This document shows, one piece after another, positions 41,733 to 53,200 of a stretch of DNA of 64,000 bases. The position numbers and the translations under genes were made by a program. The notes beneath the pieces were generated by a model. That model was given only the letters and a program-made list of their open reading frames with translations. It did no database searches and had not been told where the DNA came from. The first letter of the stretch is position 1. The number at the start of each line of letters is the position of its first letter. The DNA lies in the NCBI GenBank assembly GCA_005798825.1, contig SYIL01000035.1, positions 12,338-76,337 of the forward strand, in the 5' to 3' direction. This DNA is from Bacteroidota bacterium. GTDB lineage: Bacteria; Bacteroidota; Bacteroidia; NS11-12g; UBA955.

Positions 41733-42611
41733 TTAATTTCTTCGATCAAAACCCCAATTGAGTTTACTGCGAAGGGTATCCAAAAAATGCGTATTGGATA
41801 AGCGCATTAAATAAAAACCGTGATCCGCTTTGCGAATGGCCAAATTGACTCCACCAGTTATACTTTTACTTCTCGAATCTAAACTGGCAAGATAGCTGAT
41901 TTCGTGACCTTCAATCTCAAAACTCAAGACATTGTCATCCTTAATAATAACAGGTCTTACATTCAGATTATGGGGTGCTATTGGCGTAATCACAAGGCTA
42001 TCACTCTTGGGGAAAATAATTGGACCTCCACAACTGAGCGAATAACTGGTACTTCCGGTTGGAGTGGCGATAATTAATCCATCACTCCAATAACTATTTA
42101 AAAACTCACCATTTAAAAAAGTATGAACCACAATCATATTCGAGGTTTCTTTTTTGTGTATCACAAAATCGTTGAGTGCGAAATTGTAGTCAAAAAGGGG
42201 TTGAGAGGATTCCAAATGCAGTAAACTTCTCTTCTCAAGGGTATAATTTCCTTTTTCAATGTCTTGAATCGAATGACGCAAATTCTCCAATTGAACGTCA
42301 GCCAAAAACCCCAATCTTCCTGTGTTGATTGCCAGAATAGGCAGACCAGAATCGTGAACAAAGCGAAGTGTATCTAAAATGGTTCCATCTCCACCCACAC
42401 AAATTAATACGTCTGGAATCACATCACCCATTGCAAAAGACGAAAATACTTCTATTTTTTGCCCCGATGTGATATAGGGCTGGGCAAAGGGCAACAACGC
42501 AGCTGGCAGGGAGATTTCGTGGCCCATTTCTGCCAAAACTGAAAGCAATTCAACCAAACCATCCCGGTGCTTGGTGTCACTGACTGTTTTAGCATAGACC
42601 GCAATTTTCAT
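41733..42611 (-). CDS. nadK: NAD kinase
   Basis: GGDGT, INTGRLGFL, ALND, DGLIIATPTGSTSYSLSCGGP, KLNWG. Confidence 0.95.
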   Translation of the reverse strand: MKIAVYAKTVSDTKHRDGLVELLSVLAEMGHEISLPAALLPFAQPYITSGQKIEVFSSFAMGDVIPDVLICVGGDGTILDTLRFVHDSGLPILAINTGRLGFLADVQLENLRHSIQDIEKGNYTLEKRSLLHLESSQPLFDYNFALNDFVIHKKETSNMIVVHTFLNGEFLNSYWSDGLIIATPTGSTSYSLSCGGPIIFPKSDSLVITPIAPHNLNVRPVIIKDDNVLSFEIEGHEISYLASLDSRSKSITGGVNLAIRKADHGFYLMRLSNTHFLDTLRSKLNWGFDRRN

Positions 42612-42777
42612 CTTATTACCAGCAATTTTACATCTTTTTCTACGACAAAGATACTCTGGTTTTCTATCCACATAGGCATACATTTTGCATACCCGATAAT
42701 AAGAGACACAAAAAATGAAGCTGCGCTTACCAACGATTCAAAACCGTCGCCGCGGACCTCTCTTTTAATTAAGGTTT

Positions 42778-43458
42778 TTATTCACGTCGATCAAAGACGC
42801 GAAAATCAAATGAAAATTGGTGTTTTTCATCGGCAATATGGTGTTGATGATAGGTTTCTTTCCACTCTTGGAGACTCCAAAGCGGGAAATGGGTGTCGGC
42901 CTGTGAAAAATTTCCATTCACTTCAGTAATATAAAGCCTATCCGTAAATTCCAGTGCTTGTTTGTAAATTTCACCTCCCCCAATAATCATTATTTCGGGA
43001 TCTATTGATGGAGCATATTGATGTATGCGTGAATTTGCCATGCCATCATTTCCCTGACCAGAAATGGTCTTGGTCTCGACTGTGGTTGCTTTATAATTAT
43101 TTTTATCGCTGTTTATCAGTGTGGTTAAGATGCTAACCCCAGGTTTGACTTCTAGGCTATCTTCAGGTATAATTTTCTGTAAACGGAGGATAGATGCCTT
43201 TGCCATGTCCAAGGCTGCGTCCCAATTCTTTGCTATCTCAAATCCAGGCAACACGGACAATGCCGATGTCAATACAATGTTTGTTCTATTTTTTAATGGT
43301 TTTCCAAGGCTCTCCATGGTTTTTCTTCCCATGATCAAAGGCTTGCCTTTTGTATGCTGAATAAACCAGGAAAAATCGTCTGGCAAGTGCCACAATAGGG
43401 CATTGTTTGCCCCCAATTCCAAATTGACCCCCAAGGCCGCGATAATTGAGACTCGCAT
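42778..43458 (-). CDS. folA: Dihydrofolate reductase with a ~65-aa internal insertion
   Basis: IIAA..G..NALLWHLPDD, IMGRKT, RTNIVLT, IIGGGEIY, ADTHFP. Confidence 0.9.
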   Translation of the reverse strand: MRVSIIAALGVNLELGANNALLWHLPDDFSWFIQHTKGKPLIMGRKTMESLGKPLKNRTNIVLTSALSVLPGFEIAKNWDAALDMAKASILRLQKIIPEDSLEVKPGVSILTTLINSDKNNYKATTVETKTISGQGNDGMANSRIHQYAPSIDPEIMIIGGGEIYKQALEFTDRLYITEVNGNFSQADTHFPLWSLQEWKETYHQHHIADEKHQFSFDFRVFDRRE

Positions 43459-43576
43459 GGGTCAAATATACAATCTAGTACTTCCGATCACAATCAAAAC
43501 CAAAACATTGTATATCAAGGCAAAATTCAACCTCCCGGAACCCAAAACTATTTAGCTTGTGTATCTTTGCCGCCTT

Positions 43577-44887
43577 ATGAGCAGAATTGTAGCCATAGTA
43601 GGTCGACCGAATGTAGGAAAAAGTACCCTTTTTAATCGATTAACGGGGGAATTTAAAGCAATTGTAGATGATTACAGCGGTGTAACCAGAGACAGACACT
43701 ATGGTTATTCAGATTGGAATGGCATCGATTTTACCGTTATTGATACCGGAGGATTTGTTCCTCAAAGCAATGATACATTCGAAGCTGCTATCCGAGAACA
43801 AGTTCATATAGCCATAGAAGAAGCCGCAGTATTGATCTTTGTTGTCGATGTTCAAACAGACGTAAATCCCCTTGACGAAGAGTTTGCGCAAATATTGCGC
43901 AGAAGCAAGAAACCTGTGGTATTGACGGTGAATAAGGTAGACAACGACCGCTTGCGATTGGAGACTTCTGTTTTTTATTCCCTGGGTTTTGATCATTTTC
44001 ACGAAATATCTGCCGCTAATGGGGGTGGGACAGGAGATTTATTAGATGAAGTTGTAGAATTTCTAAAAGATGAGAAACCAGACGAAGACCATGTCGAGAA
44101 TCTCCCACGGATTGCCATTGTAGGTCGACCCAATGTTGGAAAAAGTAGTTTGATCAATGCCCTTCTGGGTGAAGACCGAAATATTGTAACAACAATTGCC
44201 GGCACCACACGCGACAGCATTGATACCAAATACAAGGCCTATGGAAAAGAATTTGTATTGATCGACACGGCAGGTATTCGCAGAAAGAGTAAAGTGAATG
44301 AAAATATTGAATTTTACTCGGTCATGCGCAGTTTACGTGCCCTTGAGAATGCCGATGTTGTGGTTTTGGTTTTAGATGCAAGCTTAGGTATGGAATCTCA
44401 AGACCTGAATCTTTTCTGGATGGCACACCGTCAAGGAAAAGGACTTGCTATCTTGGTAAACAAATGGGACTTAGTAGAAAAAGAGAGCAATACCCATTTG
44501 GCCTATTCCGAAGAAATTAAAAAAATTATAGCACCGTTTATTGACGTTCCAATCATGTATGTATCGGCACTCACAAAACAACGGGTATTTCAGGGCATGG
44601 AAACAATATTAAAAGTCTATGAAAACCTCAGTTTAAAAATTCCCACCCGTGCCTTGAATGATTTCTTGTTACCCCTGATGGAAAGCAACCCGCCTCCGAG
44701 TAAAAAAGGTAAATTTGTCAAAATAAAATATGTAACGCAACTCCCCAGCAAGCGTGTTGCTTTTGCCTTATTCTGCAATCTTCCCCAATATGTGGCAGAA
44801 AGCTATACCCGTTTTTTGGAAAATAAAATGAGAGAAAAATTCAACCTGACGGGCATCCCCATTAGTTTGTTCTATCGCAAGAAATAA
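43577..44887 (+). CDS. der: Ribosome biogenesis GTPase Der (EngA)
   Basis: Two GRPNVGKS P-loops, DTGG/DTAG, NKVD/NKWD. Confidence 0.98.
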   Translation: MSRIVAIVGRPNVGKSTLFNRLTGEFKAIVDDYSGVTRDRHYGYSDWNGIDFTVIDTGGFVPQSNDTFEAAIREQVHIAIEEAAVLIFVVDVQTDVNPLDEEFAQILRRSKKPVVLTVNKVDNDRLRLETSVFYSLGFDHFHEISAANGGGTGDLLDEVVEFLKDEKPDEDHVENLPRIAIVGRPNVGKSSLINALLGEDRNIVTTIAGTTRDSIDTKYKAYGKEFVLIDTAGIRRKSKVNENIEFYSVMRSLRALENADVVVLVLDASLGMESQDLNLFWMAHRQGKGLAILVNKWDLVEKESNTHLAYSEEIKKIIAPFIDVPIMYVSALTKQRVFQGMETILKVYENLSLKIPTRALNDFLLPLMESNPPPSKKGKFVKIKYVTQLPSKRVAFALFCNLPQYVAESYTRFLENKMREKFNLTGIPISLFYRKK

Positions 44888-44915
44888 TAGTACACAATTG
44901 ATATTTGCTCCAATC

Positions 44916-45959
44916 ATGGACGCACAAAAAAAAACGGATATTCGCGATCTTGATTTATCATCTCTTACAGATGTGTTAAAAAGCATGGGTGAATCAGCTT
45001 ATCGTGCCAAGCAAATTTTCCAGTGGCTTTGGCAGAAAGGTGCGCGCAATTTTGAGGAAATGACAAATCTCTCCAAACCATTGAGAGCAAAACTTACCCT
45101 GGAGTTTAGTTTTCATATTGCAACAGTATATACCGCACAGTTTTCGAAGGATGGTACCATTAAAATCGCATTTGAATTACACGATGGCAATAAAATTGAG
45201 GGCGTGCTAATCCCAACTCACAGCCGAACTACGGCTTGCGTAAGCTCTCAAGTTGGCTGTTCCTTGGATTGTAAATTTTGTGCTACCGGCTACCTCAAGC
45301 GCCAAAGAAACCTAAGTTGTGCCGAAATATTTGACCAGGTTTGGCTGATCAATGAACTGGCCGAAAAACACTATGGAAAAAGACTCGATAATATTGTCTA
45401 CATGGGTATGGGAGAGCCCTTGCTTAATTACGTAAATGTGGTTCGCAGCGTGCTCATTATCAGCGCAACTGATGGTTTGGCCATGAGTCCTCAACGAATA
45501 ACAATCTCTACTGCAGGTATCGCCAAAATGATTCAAAAACTGGCTGATGACGGAATTAAAACCAATCTTGCATTAAGCCTTCATTCAGCAAACAACAAAA
45601 AACGATCGGCGATTATGCCAATCAATGAAAGTAACACTTTAGAAATGCTTGCAGAATCACTGGCTTATTGGTATGAAAAAACAGGCATCAGACCCACACT
45701 TGAATATACGCTTATCGAAGGTGTTAACGATGGATTGGAGGAAGAAAAAGAACTCATTCTTTTTGCCCGCAAGTTTCCTTCAAAAATAAATCTCATTGAA
45801 TACAATCCGATTTCCTTGGCCGACTATCAGCCCACAAATCGTTTGGATGCATTTGCCGCAAGCCTGGAAAAACAAAAACTTATCGTACACGTTCGCAGAA
45901 GTAGGGGGAAAGACATCGATGCAGCCTGTGGTCAATTGGCAAACCAACTCGCTCATTAA
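44916..45959 (+). CDS. rlmN: 23S rRNA/tRNA m2A methyltransferase (radical SAM)
   Basis: SSQVGCSLDCKFC, MGMGEP, SLH, DIDAACGQL. Confidence 0.97.
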   Translation: MDAQKKTDIRDLDLSSLTDVLKSMGESAYRAKQIFQWLWQKGARNFEEMTNLSKPLRAKLTLEFSFHIATVYTAQFSKDGTIKIAFELHDGNKIEGVLIPTHSRTTACVSSQVGCSLDCKFCATGYLKRQRNLSCAEIFDQVWLINELAEKHYGKRLDNIVYMGMGEPLLNYVNVVRSVLIISATDGLAMSPQRITISTAGIAKMIQKLADDGIKTNLALSLHSANNKKRSAIMPINESNTLEMLAESLAYWYEKTGIRPTLEYTLIEGVNDGLEEEKELILFARKFPSKINLIEYNPISLADYQPTNRLDAFAASLEKQKLIVHVRRSRGKDIDAACGQLANQLAH

Positions 45960-45999
45960 TTAGCAATTGCTACATTACTTTCTGGGGTAATTAGCCATT

Positions 46000-46980
46000 T
46001 CATACAAAATTTCTGTGGTGGGCCTCTTCATATAATCTCTCCCTTGGCAAGTTTTTGAAATACTCCCAAGTAATACGCAGTCCCTCTTCCCGGCCAATTT
46101 TGGGCTCCCAGTCTAATATTTTTTTTGCCTTTTCAATATTGGGTTGTCGCTGTTTGGGGTCATCTACTGGCAAAGGCTGGTAGATTACTTTTTGATGAGT
46201 TTGGGTAAGTTTGATTATTTCCTCAGCGAATTGCGAAATTGAAATTTCATTGGGATTTCCAATATTTATGGGGTCTGAACAATTACTCAACAACAAGCGA
46301 CAAATGCCCTCTATCAAATCATCAACAAAACAGAAACTCCGGGTTTGACTGCCATCGCCAAAAATACTCAAATCATCGCCCCGTAGCGCTTGCCCCATGA
46401 AGGCAGGCAAAACACGTCCATCATTTAATCTCATCCTCGGCCCATAGGTGTTAAAAATACGAATAATTCTGGTTTCCAGGCCGTGAAACGTATGGTAGGC
46501 CATGGTAATGGCTTCTTGAAATCGCTTGGCTTCATCATATACACCCCGGGGACCAACAGGATTCACATTGCCCCAATAATCTTCAGTTTGTGGATGCACC
46601 GTGGGATCTCCATATACCTCAGAGGTACTGGCTACCAAAATACGCGCCTTCTTGGCCAAAGCCAATCCCAGTAAATTATGGGTTCCCAAAGAACCTACTT
46701 TCAAAGTTTGAATGGGTATTTTAAGATAATCAATAGGACTGGCGGGCGATGCAAAATGAAGAATATATTTTAAATCTCCCGCTACATGAACAAATTGACT
46801 AACATCGTGGTTGAGAAATTCAAATTGTTTCAAAGCAAACAAATGCTCAATATTGCGCAAATCTCCTGTAATAAGATTGTCCATTCCAAGAACATGGTAT
46901 CCATCTTTTATAAAACGATCACACAAATGACTTCCCAGAAATCCGGCAGCACCAGTGACTAATACCCTGTCTCGTTTCAT
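46000..46980 (-). CDS. uxs: UDP-glucuronate decarboxylase (UDP-xylose synthase)
   Basis: [50 protein letters not shown] overlap with ugd. Confidence 0.9.
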   Translation of the reverse strand: MKRDRVLVTGAAGFLGSHLCDRFIKDGYHVLGMDNLITGDLRNIEHLFALKQFEFLNHDVSQFVHVAGDLKYILHFASPASPIDYLKIPIQTLKVGSLGTHNLLGLALAKKARILVASTSEVYGDPTVHPQTEDYWGNVNPVGPRGVYDEAKRFQEAITMAYHTFHGLETRIIRIFNTYGPRMRLNDGRVLPAFMGQALRGDDLSIFGDGSQTRSFCFVDDLIEGICRLLLSNCSDPINIGNPNEISISQFAEEIIKLTQTHQKVIYQPLPVDDPKQRQPNIEKAKKILDWEPKIGREEGLRITWEYFKNLPRERLYEEAHHRNFV

Positions 46981-48284
46981 GAAATATCCTGACGTCCTAT
47001 ACTGTAATACGTAAATCCCTGCTTGCGCATCTGGTCTAAATCAAAAAGATTTCGTCCATCGAAGATAACTTTTTCTTTCAGTTGACTTGCCATTACAGCA
47101 AAATCGGGGTTTCGAAATTCTGGCCATTCGGTGGCAATTACTAAAAAATCAGCTCCTTCCAGCGCACTGCTTGCTTTTTCGCAAAACTGTATTTTATCTC
47201 CCAAAATTGGTTTCACATTTTCCATTGCTTCAGGGTCATAGCACTGGATAGATGCACCCCGCTCTATTAAATCAGCAATCATTTCCAAGGCGGGTGCCTC
47301 TCGAATATCATCGGTATTGGGTTTGAACGCCAATCCCCAAACAGCGATTGTCTTGCCTTTAATGTCTCCAAAATGCGCTGTGATTTTGGGTATTAATGCC
47401 AATTTTTGTATGGCATTCACGCCCTCAACGGCTTTCAAAATCTTAAAATCGTAGTTTACTTGGTCAGCACTGTATACCAATGCCTGAACGTCTTTGGGAA
47501 AACAACTTCCTCCATAACCAATACCCGGAAATAAAAAACGTTTTCCAATTCGGTCGTCGCTGCCAATTCCCTTGCGAACCATATCTACATCAGCTCCCAA
47601 TAACTCGCACATTTGGGCAATCTCATTCATAAAAGATATTTTGGTCGCCAAAAAACTATTTGCCGCGTATTTGGTCAATTCGGCGCTGCGGGTATCCATG
47701 TGCATAACGGGATTCCCCTGACGTACATAAGGAGCATACAGATCATCCATTACTTCGAAAGCCCTTTGGGTTTCGGCTCCAATAACAACCCGATCGGGTT
47801 TCATAAAATCATCCACCGCAACACCCTCTCGTAAAAACTCCGGATTACTCACAACGTCAAATTCTCCTTTATAATTGACAGCAATGGCAGCATGAACTTT
47901 GTCGGCAGTACCAACAGGCACCGTGCTCTTATCAACTATTATCTTATAGCCTTTCATTATTTTACCCAATTGGTCGGCTACACCCAACACGTATTTCAAA
48001 TCTGCTGCACCGCCTTCGCCAGGAGGAGTTGGCAAAGCCAAAAAAACAACCTGCGCATCTGCCACAGCCTCTTCAAGATTATTGGTAAAAGACAAACGAC
48101 CTTCTTTTAAATTACGCTTGAATAATATGTCTAAACCAGGCTCAAAAATGGTTATTTTACCTGCCCTAAGCATATCAATTTTTTGTTGATCAATGTCAAC
48201 ACAAACTACACGGTTGCCTGTTTCTGCAAAACATGTTCCGCTAACCAAACCAACATAACCGGTGCCTATGACTGCAACATTCAT
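46977..48284 (-). CDS. ugd: UDP-glucose 6-dehydrogenase
   Basis: [46 protein letters not shown]. Confidence 0.95.
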   Translation of the reverse strand: MNVAVIGTGYVGLVSGTCFAETGNRVVCVDIDQQKIDMLRAGKITIFEPGLDILFKRNLKEGRLSFTNNLEEAVADAQVVFLALPTPPGEGGAADLKYVLGVADQLGKIMKGYKIIVDKSTVPVGTADKVHAAIAVNYKGEFDVVSNPEFLREGVAVDDFMKPDRVVIGAETQRAFEVMDDLYAPYVRQGNPVMHMDTRSAELTKYAANSFLATKISFMNEIAQMCELLGADVDMVRKGIGSDDRIGKRFLFPGIGYGGSCFPKDVQALVYSADQVNYDFKILKAVEGVNAIQKLALIPKITAHFGDIKGKTIAVWGLAFKPNTDDIREAPALEMIADLIERGASIQCYDPEAMENVKPILGDKIQFCEKASSALEGADFLVIATEWPEFRNPDFAVMASQLKEKVIFDGRNLFDLDQMRKQGFTYYSIGRQDIS

Positions 48285-48297
48285 TTCTTTATTGGGA

Positions 48298-49443
48298 TTA
48301 TTCTAAATGCTCTTGGATTGTTTTAATTATTTTATCTTGATGGCTTTCTTGCAGTTCTGGACATATTGGCAAACTTAAAACTCGCTTGCAAAGGTCGTCT
48401 GTAATGGGCAAATCAACAAGTTGGGCATAGGCTTTTTGTTTGTGCAATGGGATTGGATAATAAACCATACTTGGAATCTCATTGTTTCCCAAATACGCTT
48501 TCAATGATTCACGAAGCGCATGGCTTTCACAAATCAGGGTGTACTGATGATACACGTGGCTACTTACAGCATTTTGCTTGGGTATCGCAATTTTAGAGCA
48601 ATCCTTCAATGCCAAATTATAGCGGGAGGCCACTGCATTTCTAGATTGTTCAAATTCGAATAAATGGGGTAATTTGGCCAATAAGATAGACGCTTGCAGT
48701 GTATCTAATCTAGAATTTAAACCAACCATATCGTGCTGGTATTTCACTTTTTGGCCATGATTGGCCAACATTCTCAATTTTTGAGCAAGGGAATCATCTT
48801 GGGTAAAAATCGCACCCCCGTCTCCAAAACAACCTAAATTTTTGCTCGGGAAAAAAGAAGTGGTACCGATATGACCGATTGTACCAGCAAACCCATGCTC
48901 CCCATGAAAACAGTACTGAGATCCCATGGATTGGGCAGTGTCTTCTACCACAAATAGATTGTATTGGTATGCCAATTCCATTATGGCCCCCATCGATGCC
49001 ATCTGTCCGAATAAATGCACCGGAACAATGGCTCTGGTATTGGGGGTAATTGCATTTTTAATGGCCTCTAAATCCACCAAAAATGTAAGGGGGTCTACTT
49101 CAACAAAAACGGGCTTCAAGCCCAATAAAAGCAAAATTTCTGCTACGGCTACATAGGAAAAGGATGGGGTTATTACCTCTGATCCTCGGGGCAATTCCAA
49201 AGCCATAAAAGCCAATTGCAAGGCATCAGTTCCATTGGCACATCCAATAACATGCTTTACATTATAGCGAAGTGACAAGGCTGATTCAAGTTCTGCAACT
49301 TGGGGGCCCTGTATGAATGCTCCGTCTTTCATAACAGATAACACATGTGCATCAATCGATAATTGGTATCGAACATACTGTGCCTGAAGATCAACCATTT
49401 TAATCCCTGTCATTCCCCAATCAATTTTACGGTTATTGCCCAT
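48298..49443 (-). CDS. DegT/DnrJ/StrS sugar aminotransferase (WbpE-like); true start may be 49413
   Basis: ANGTDAL, VHLFGQ, EDTAQ, SFFPSKNLG, NSRLD. Confidence 0.92.
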   Translation of the reverse strand: MGNNRKIDWGMTGIKMVDLQAQYVRYQLSIDAHVLSVMKDGAFIQGPQVAELESALSLRYNVKHVIGCANGTDALQLAFMALELPRGSEVITPSFSYVAVAEILLLLGLKPVFVEVDPLTFLVDLEAIKNAITPNTRAIVPVHLFGQMASMGAIMELAYQYNLFVVEDTAQSMGSQYCFHGEHGFAGTIGHIGTTSFFPSKNLGCFGDGGAIFTQDDSLAQKLRMLANHGQKVKYQHDMVGLNSRLDTLQASILLAKLPHLFEFEQSRNAVASRYNLALKDCSKIAIPKQNAVSSHVYHQYTLICESHALRESLKAYLGNNEIPSMVYYPIPLHKQKAYAQLVDLPITDDLCKRVLSLPICPELQESHQDKIIKTIQEHLE

Positions 49444-49477
49444 TCAAAATTACAGTTTTTATGAGCGGATGATGTGA

Positions 49478-50230
49478 TTATTGTTTTTGACGCTGCCTTA
49501 CTACTTCATAGGTAATAACACCTGTTGCTACAGAAACATTCAAAGAGCCAACGCCATTAGGAGACAAGGGAATTTTGACATGTGCATCACACAGTTTCCA
49601 TGTATCAGGGCTCAAACCAGTTTCTTCATCCCCCAAGACCAAAGCAATGGGGCCCAATAAATCGGCATCAAATACATTTTCTACCGATTTTTCGGTTGCA
49701 CCCACTATTTTCAATCCACTATTTTTGAGCAATTTAATACTTCCATATAAAGATTGTGTTCTACACACGGGAATTTTCAACAAGGCCCCGGCAGAAGTCC
49801 TTACCGCATCTGGACTCAAGGGTGCCGATCCCTTTTCGGGAACCAAAATCCCATGAATACCAGCACAAGAAGCAGTTCTGGCAATAGCGCCAAAATTTCG
49901 AACATCCGTAACCCCATCTAATATCAAAATAAAGGGATCCTCTCCAGCTTCAAACGCGCCTGCAACCACGGCATCCAGATTTGCAAAGTCAACAGCACTT
50001 ACCGTGATTACAACCCCTTGGTGATTCCCCCTCACCAAACTATTTAATTTAGCCATGGGTACTTGCTTCCAAATAATATTCCTTGCCCTAAAAAGTGGAA
50101 GTAAGTCTTTTAACTGTCCCTGCAATACACCTTCCTGAAGCCAAACCTTGTCGATGGTCCTACCTGATTGTAAGGCTTCTAGAACCGGGTGTATCCCATG
50201 TACAAAAGCATCTTTTTGCTTAAATTCCAT
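49478..50230 (-). CDS. rlmB: 23S rRNA Gm2251 methyltransferase (SpoU/TrmH family)
   Basis: GIHPVLEAL, NHQG, DVRNFGAIAR, G.EETG, SLNVSVA. Confidence 0.93.
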   Translation of the reverse strand: MEFKQKDAFVHGIHPVLEALQSGRTIDKVWLQEGVLQGQLKDLLPLFRARNIIWKQVPMAKLNSLVRGNHQGVVITVSAVDFANLDAVVAGAFEAGEDPFILILDGVTDVRNFGAIARTASCAGIHGILVPEKGSAPLSPDAVRTSAGALLKIPVCRTQSLYGSIKLLKNSGLKIVGATEKSVENVFDADLLGPIALVLGDEETGLSPDTWKLCDAHVKIPLSPNGVGSLNVSVATGVITYEVVRQRQKQ

Positions 50231-50273
50231 ATAAATAATTGTCTCCCAATTTTAGAGAAACTCTGTTTATCCC

Positions 50274-53200
50274 TCAAATACCCTCACTGCGTTTGGTATA
50301 CTCGGCAGCCCAGTCTTTGCGTCCCAGTTGTTTGCACCCATCAATAATTCCCTTTAAGGTTTCACGACTCGATTGGACTTCCCTCGCACCAAATGTCTCG
50401 TTTTCCCAACGCACAAAATACCTGGCGAATTGGGTACAGTCTTTTACAGCCAAATCCAGTGTCTTTTTGGCTGTCTTGGTATCTCCTAATTCTAATAAAA
50501 CCAATCCATAATCTGCCTTATACTCTTTGCGCATTGGCATTGCATTTTCGGGTATTTCAGTTAAAATATGGCCTATCACTTCAATGCCTTTTTTTCGGTA
50601 TCCCGCAATCTTTTTACCCTCTATTGCCAGAAACGCATCTATCGAAGCATACCCAGGTGGAACAGGAATATCCTCTCGTTTTTCACGAACAGCCTTGGCA
50701 TATTGATTATAAACACTTATCTTACCAAGATACGTCCGTGCCAACAGACTGGCCATTTGTTGTAAATCCCCGGGGACATATGCCGCCTTATCGTCCAAAA
50801 AGAAATTTTTCTTCTGTTTCATTCCACAATACCGATAATTTTTAACCAAGTTCTTATACAATTTATCTTCCGCTACCCTTTGGGGTTGACGTTGATTGGA
50901 TCCTCCCCGAATGGGTACAAATTTGTAAACCAAGCCCTCCAGTTGTAAATAGTCGTTTAAATCATAAAAATCATACCCGCTTACACTGGTGAAATAAATT
51001 GGACGCTTCCATCCTTGTCTTGCATTCTCACAAATCAAATCCATAAACACCAAATCCCCCTTGGAAATGTAAGAACCCCCTATCGAATACTCTATTTGGT
51101 TGACAATTTGTGAGGTGTCATCACCACGAACCAAACCAGACGCAATCACGGCTTTTCGATTTACTGGAAAACTAACTTTTCTGGCCTTTAAATAATTGCG
51201 TTCATCACCCAAATTATTCTCACCAATAACTTGCCTAACAGCAGCAGCCAAAGACGTGACGCCATTGGGGTCAACAATTTCAATGCCCCCATCAAAACTA
51301 CCTGTTTGCAAATCTTTCTTGGTTAACGTAAGTGGGAGCGGATCTGACGCATATACTTTGTTTAATAACACACTGCTATACCAATCTGTAGGCAATAAAC
51401 TCTGATTTATAATGCGAACATCTTTTCGAAATCCTTCTACATTTTGGGCATACCATAAAGGATATGTATCGTTGTCTCCGTTGCAAAATAAGATCGCATT
51501 TGGCTCCAAATTTCCCAAAAAGTTCTTGGCCATATCAATACCAATTGAGCGGCCACTTCGATCGTGGTCATCCCAATTTTGATACGCCATATTGCCTGGA
51601 ACCAATAATAAAGAAAAAACAATAGCATACGCTGTTGCTACCGCTGTTGCTATATTGTTTCTAAAAAAATTTCTTGTTATCTCTGCCAAGGCCGATACGC
51701 CTAGGCCAACCCAAATACAGAATGTCTGAAACGACCCTACTAGCGCATAATCTCGCTCTCGAGGTTCGTAGGGAGGTTGATTCATATACACGTTAATCAA
51801 TAATCCCGTGAAAATAAAAAGTGTCATTACCAACCAGAAATCATATTTTTTTGCTGTCGCTTGCCAAATTAATCCCAACATACCCAACAAAAGGGGCAAG
51901 AAGAAATAAGCATTTTTTCCTTTTTGATTTTTATAAAAATCAGGGAGACCTTTTCGGGGACCTACAACAAAGCAGTCAATGAAAGGTATGCCGCTATACC
52001 AATTGCCATCAAAACGGGTATTTCCCATAACAGCTTGTTGATCATTAAATCTGCCTACAAAATTCCACATAAAATACCGCAGATACATGTATCGCACTTG
52101 GTAATTGAAAAAATATTTCATGTTTTGCAAAAACGTAGGCTTTTCATAATTAAGAAACTCTGATTCTTGAATTTCTTCTTCAGTCATTGCACGCTGTTGT
52201 TGTTGGGCCAATCCTTGTATTTCGTCAATGCTATTTTGCACATCTGACATGCCACCATACTCCCTAAAACCCCTTGCATCGTTGGGTTTGTTACTTTTTC
52301 CCATTCTAGGAAAAAGGGTCATATATTCATCATCATAGGTGTAATCGTAATTTTCTCCACCCTCTTCGTACTGGTTTTTCCCCTTAAAATATCTTGTACC
52401 CAAGGATTTTGTACCATCTTCGGGTGCATTGAAATACGGACCATAAATAAGGGGCCGATCACCATATTGTTCGCGGGTAATGTATCCATAAAACTTGTAT
52501 GGATCTTCTGGATTATTCATATCAATGGCTGGATTGGCCTTAGAGCGAATAATTACCATTGCATAAGAAGAATACCCAATAATGATACAAAGAGCCGACA
52601 TGACCATTATATTCCAATTTCTTTTTCCCTTTGAATGGGTATAGAACAAAAGAAATCCTGCCAAAAGAGCAATTAATACAATAGCTGCAATGGTTCCTGA
52701 ATAAAAGGGCAAACCAAAATCATTGACAAACAATCGATCCATTCTTGCCATCAACCACGGAATACCGGGATAAATTATTTTCATTACAAACCCCAAGGAG
52801 ATTGCTGCAGCACCCAATGCCATTAAAACTCCATTTGGAGTTATGGTTTTTTTTCGAAAGTAATATGCCAAACAAACACAAGGTATTACGAGCATATTTA
52901 ACATGTGATTGCCCAAAGACAATCCGATCAAATAGGCAATAAACACCAGCCAACGGTCAGATTTTATATCTTCAGCTGTTTTCCACCATCGCAAAACTGC
53001 CCAAAATGTAAGTGTAGTAAAAAAAGAACTTAGCGCATAGACCTCAGATTCTACAGCACTAAACCAAAAAGTATCAATAAATGTATTGGTTAATGCAGCG
53101 ACGGTACCTGCACCCAAAACCAATATTGTCTTGAATTGATTGTCATCGGAAACTATTCTTTCAGCAAAATAGGTGGTTATCCAAAAGGTAAACATTACAC

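Noticed and set aside
43003..43197. Possible intein or intron in folA
   Set aside because: No C-terminal His-Asn motif, too short for a mini-intein, and no group I/II intron features visible.
45961..45972. Palindrome TAGCAATTGCTA between rlmN and uxs
   Set aside because: Single AT-rich occurrence without a U-tract; may be chance.
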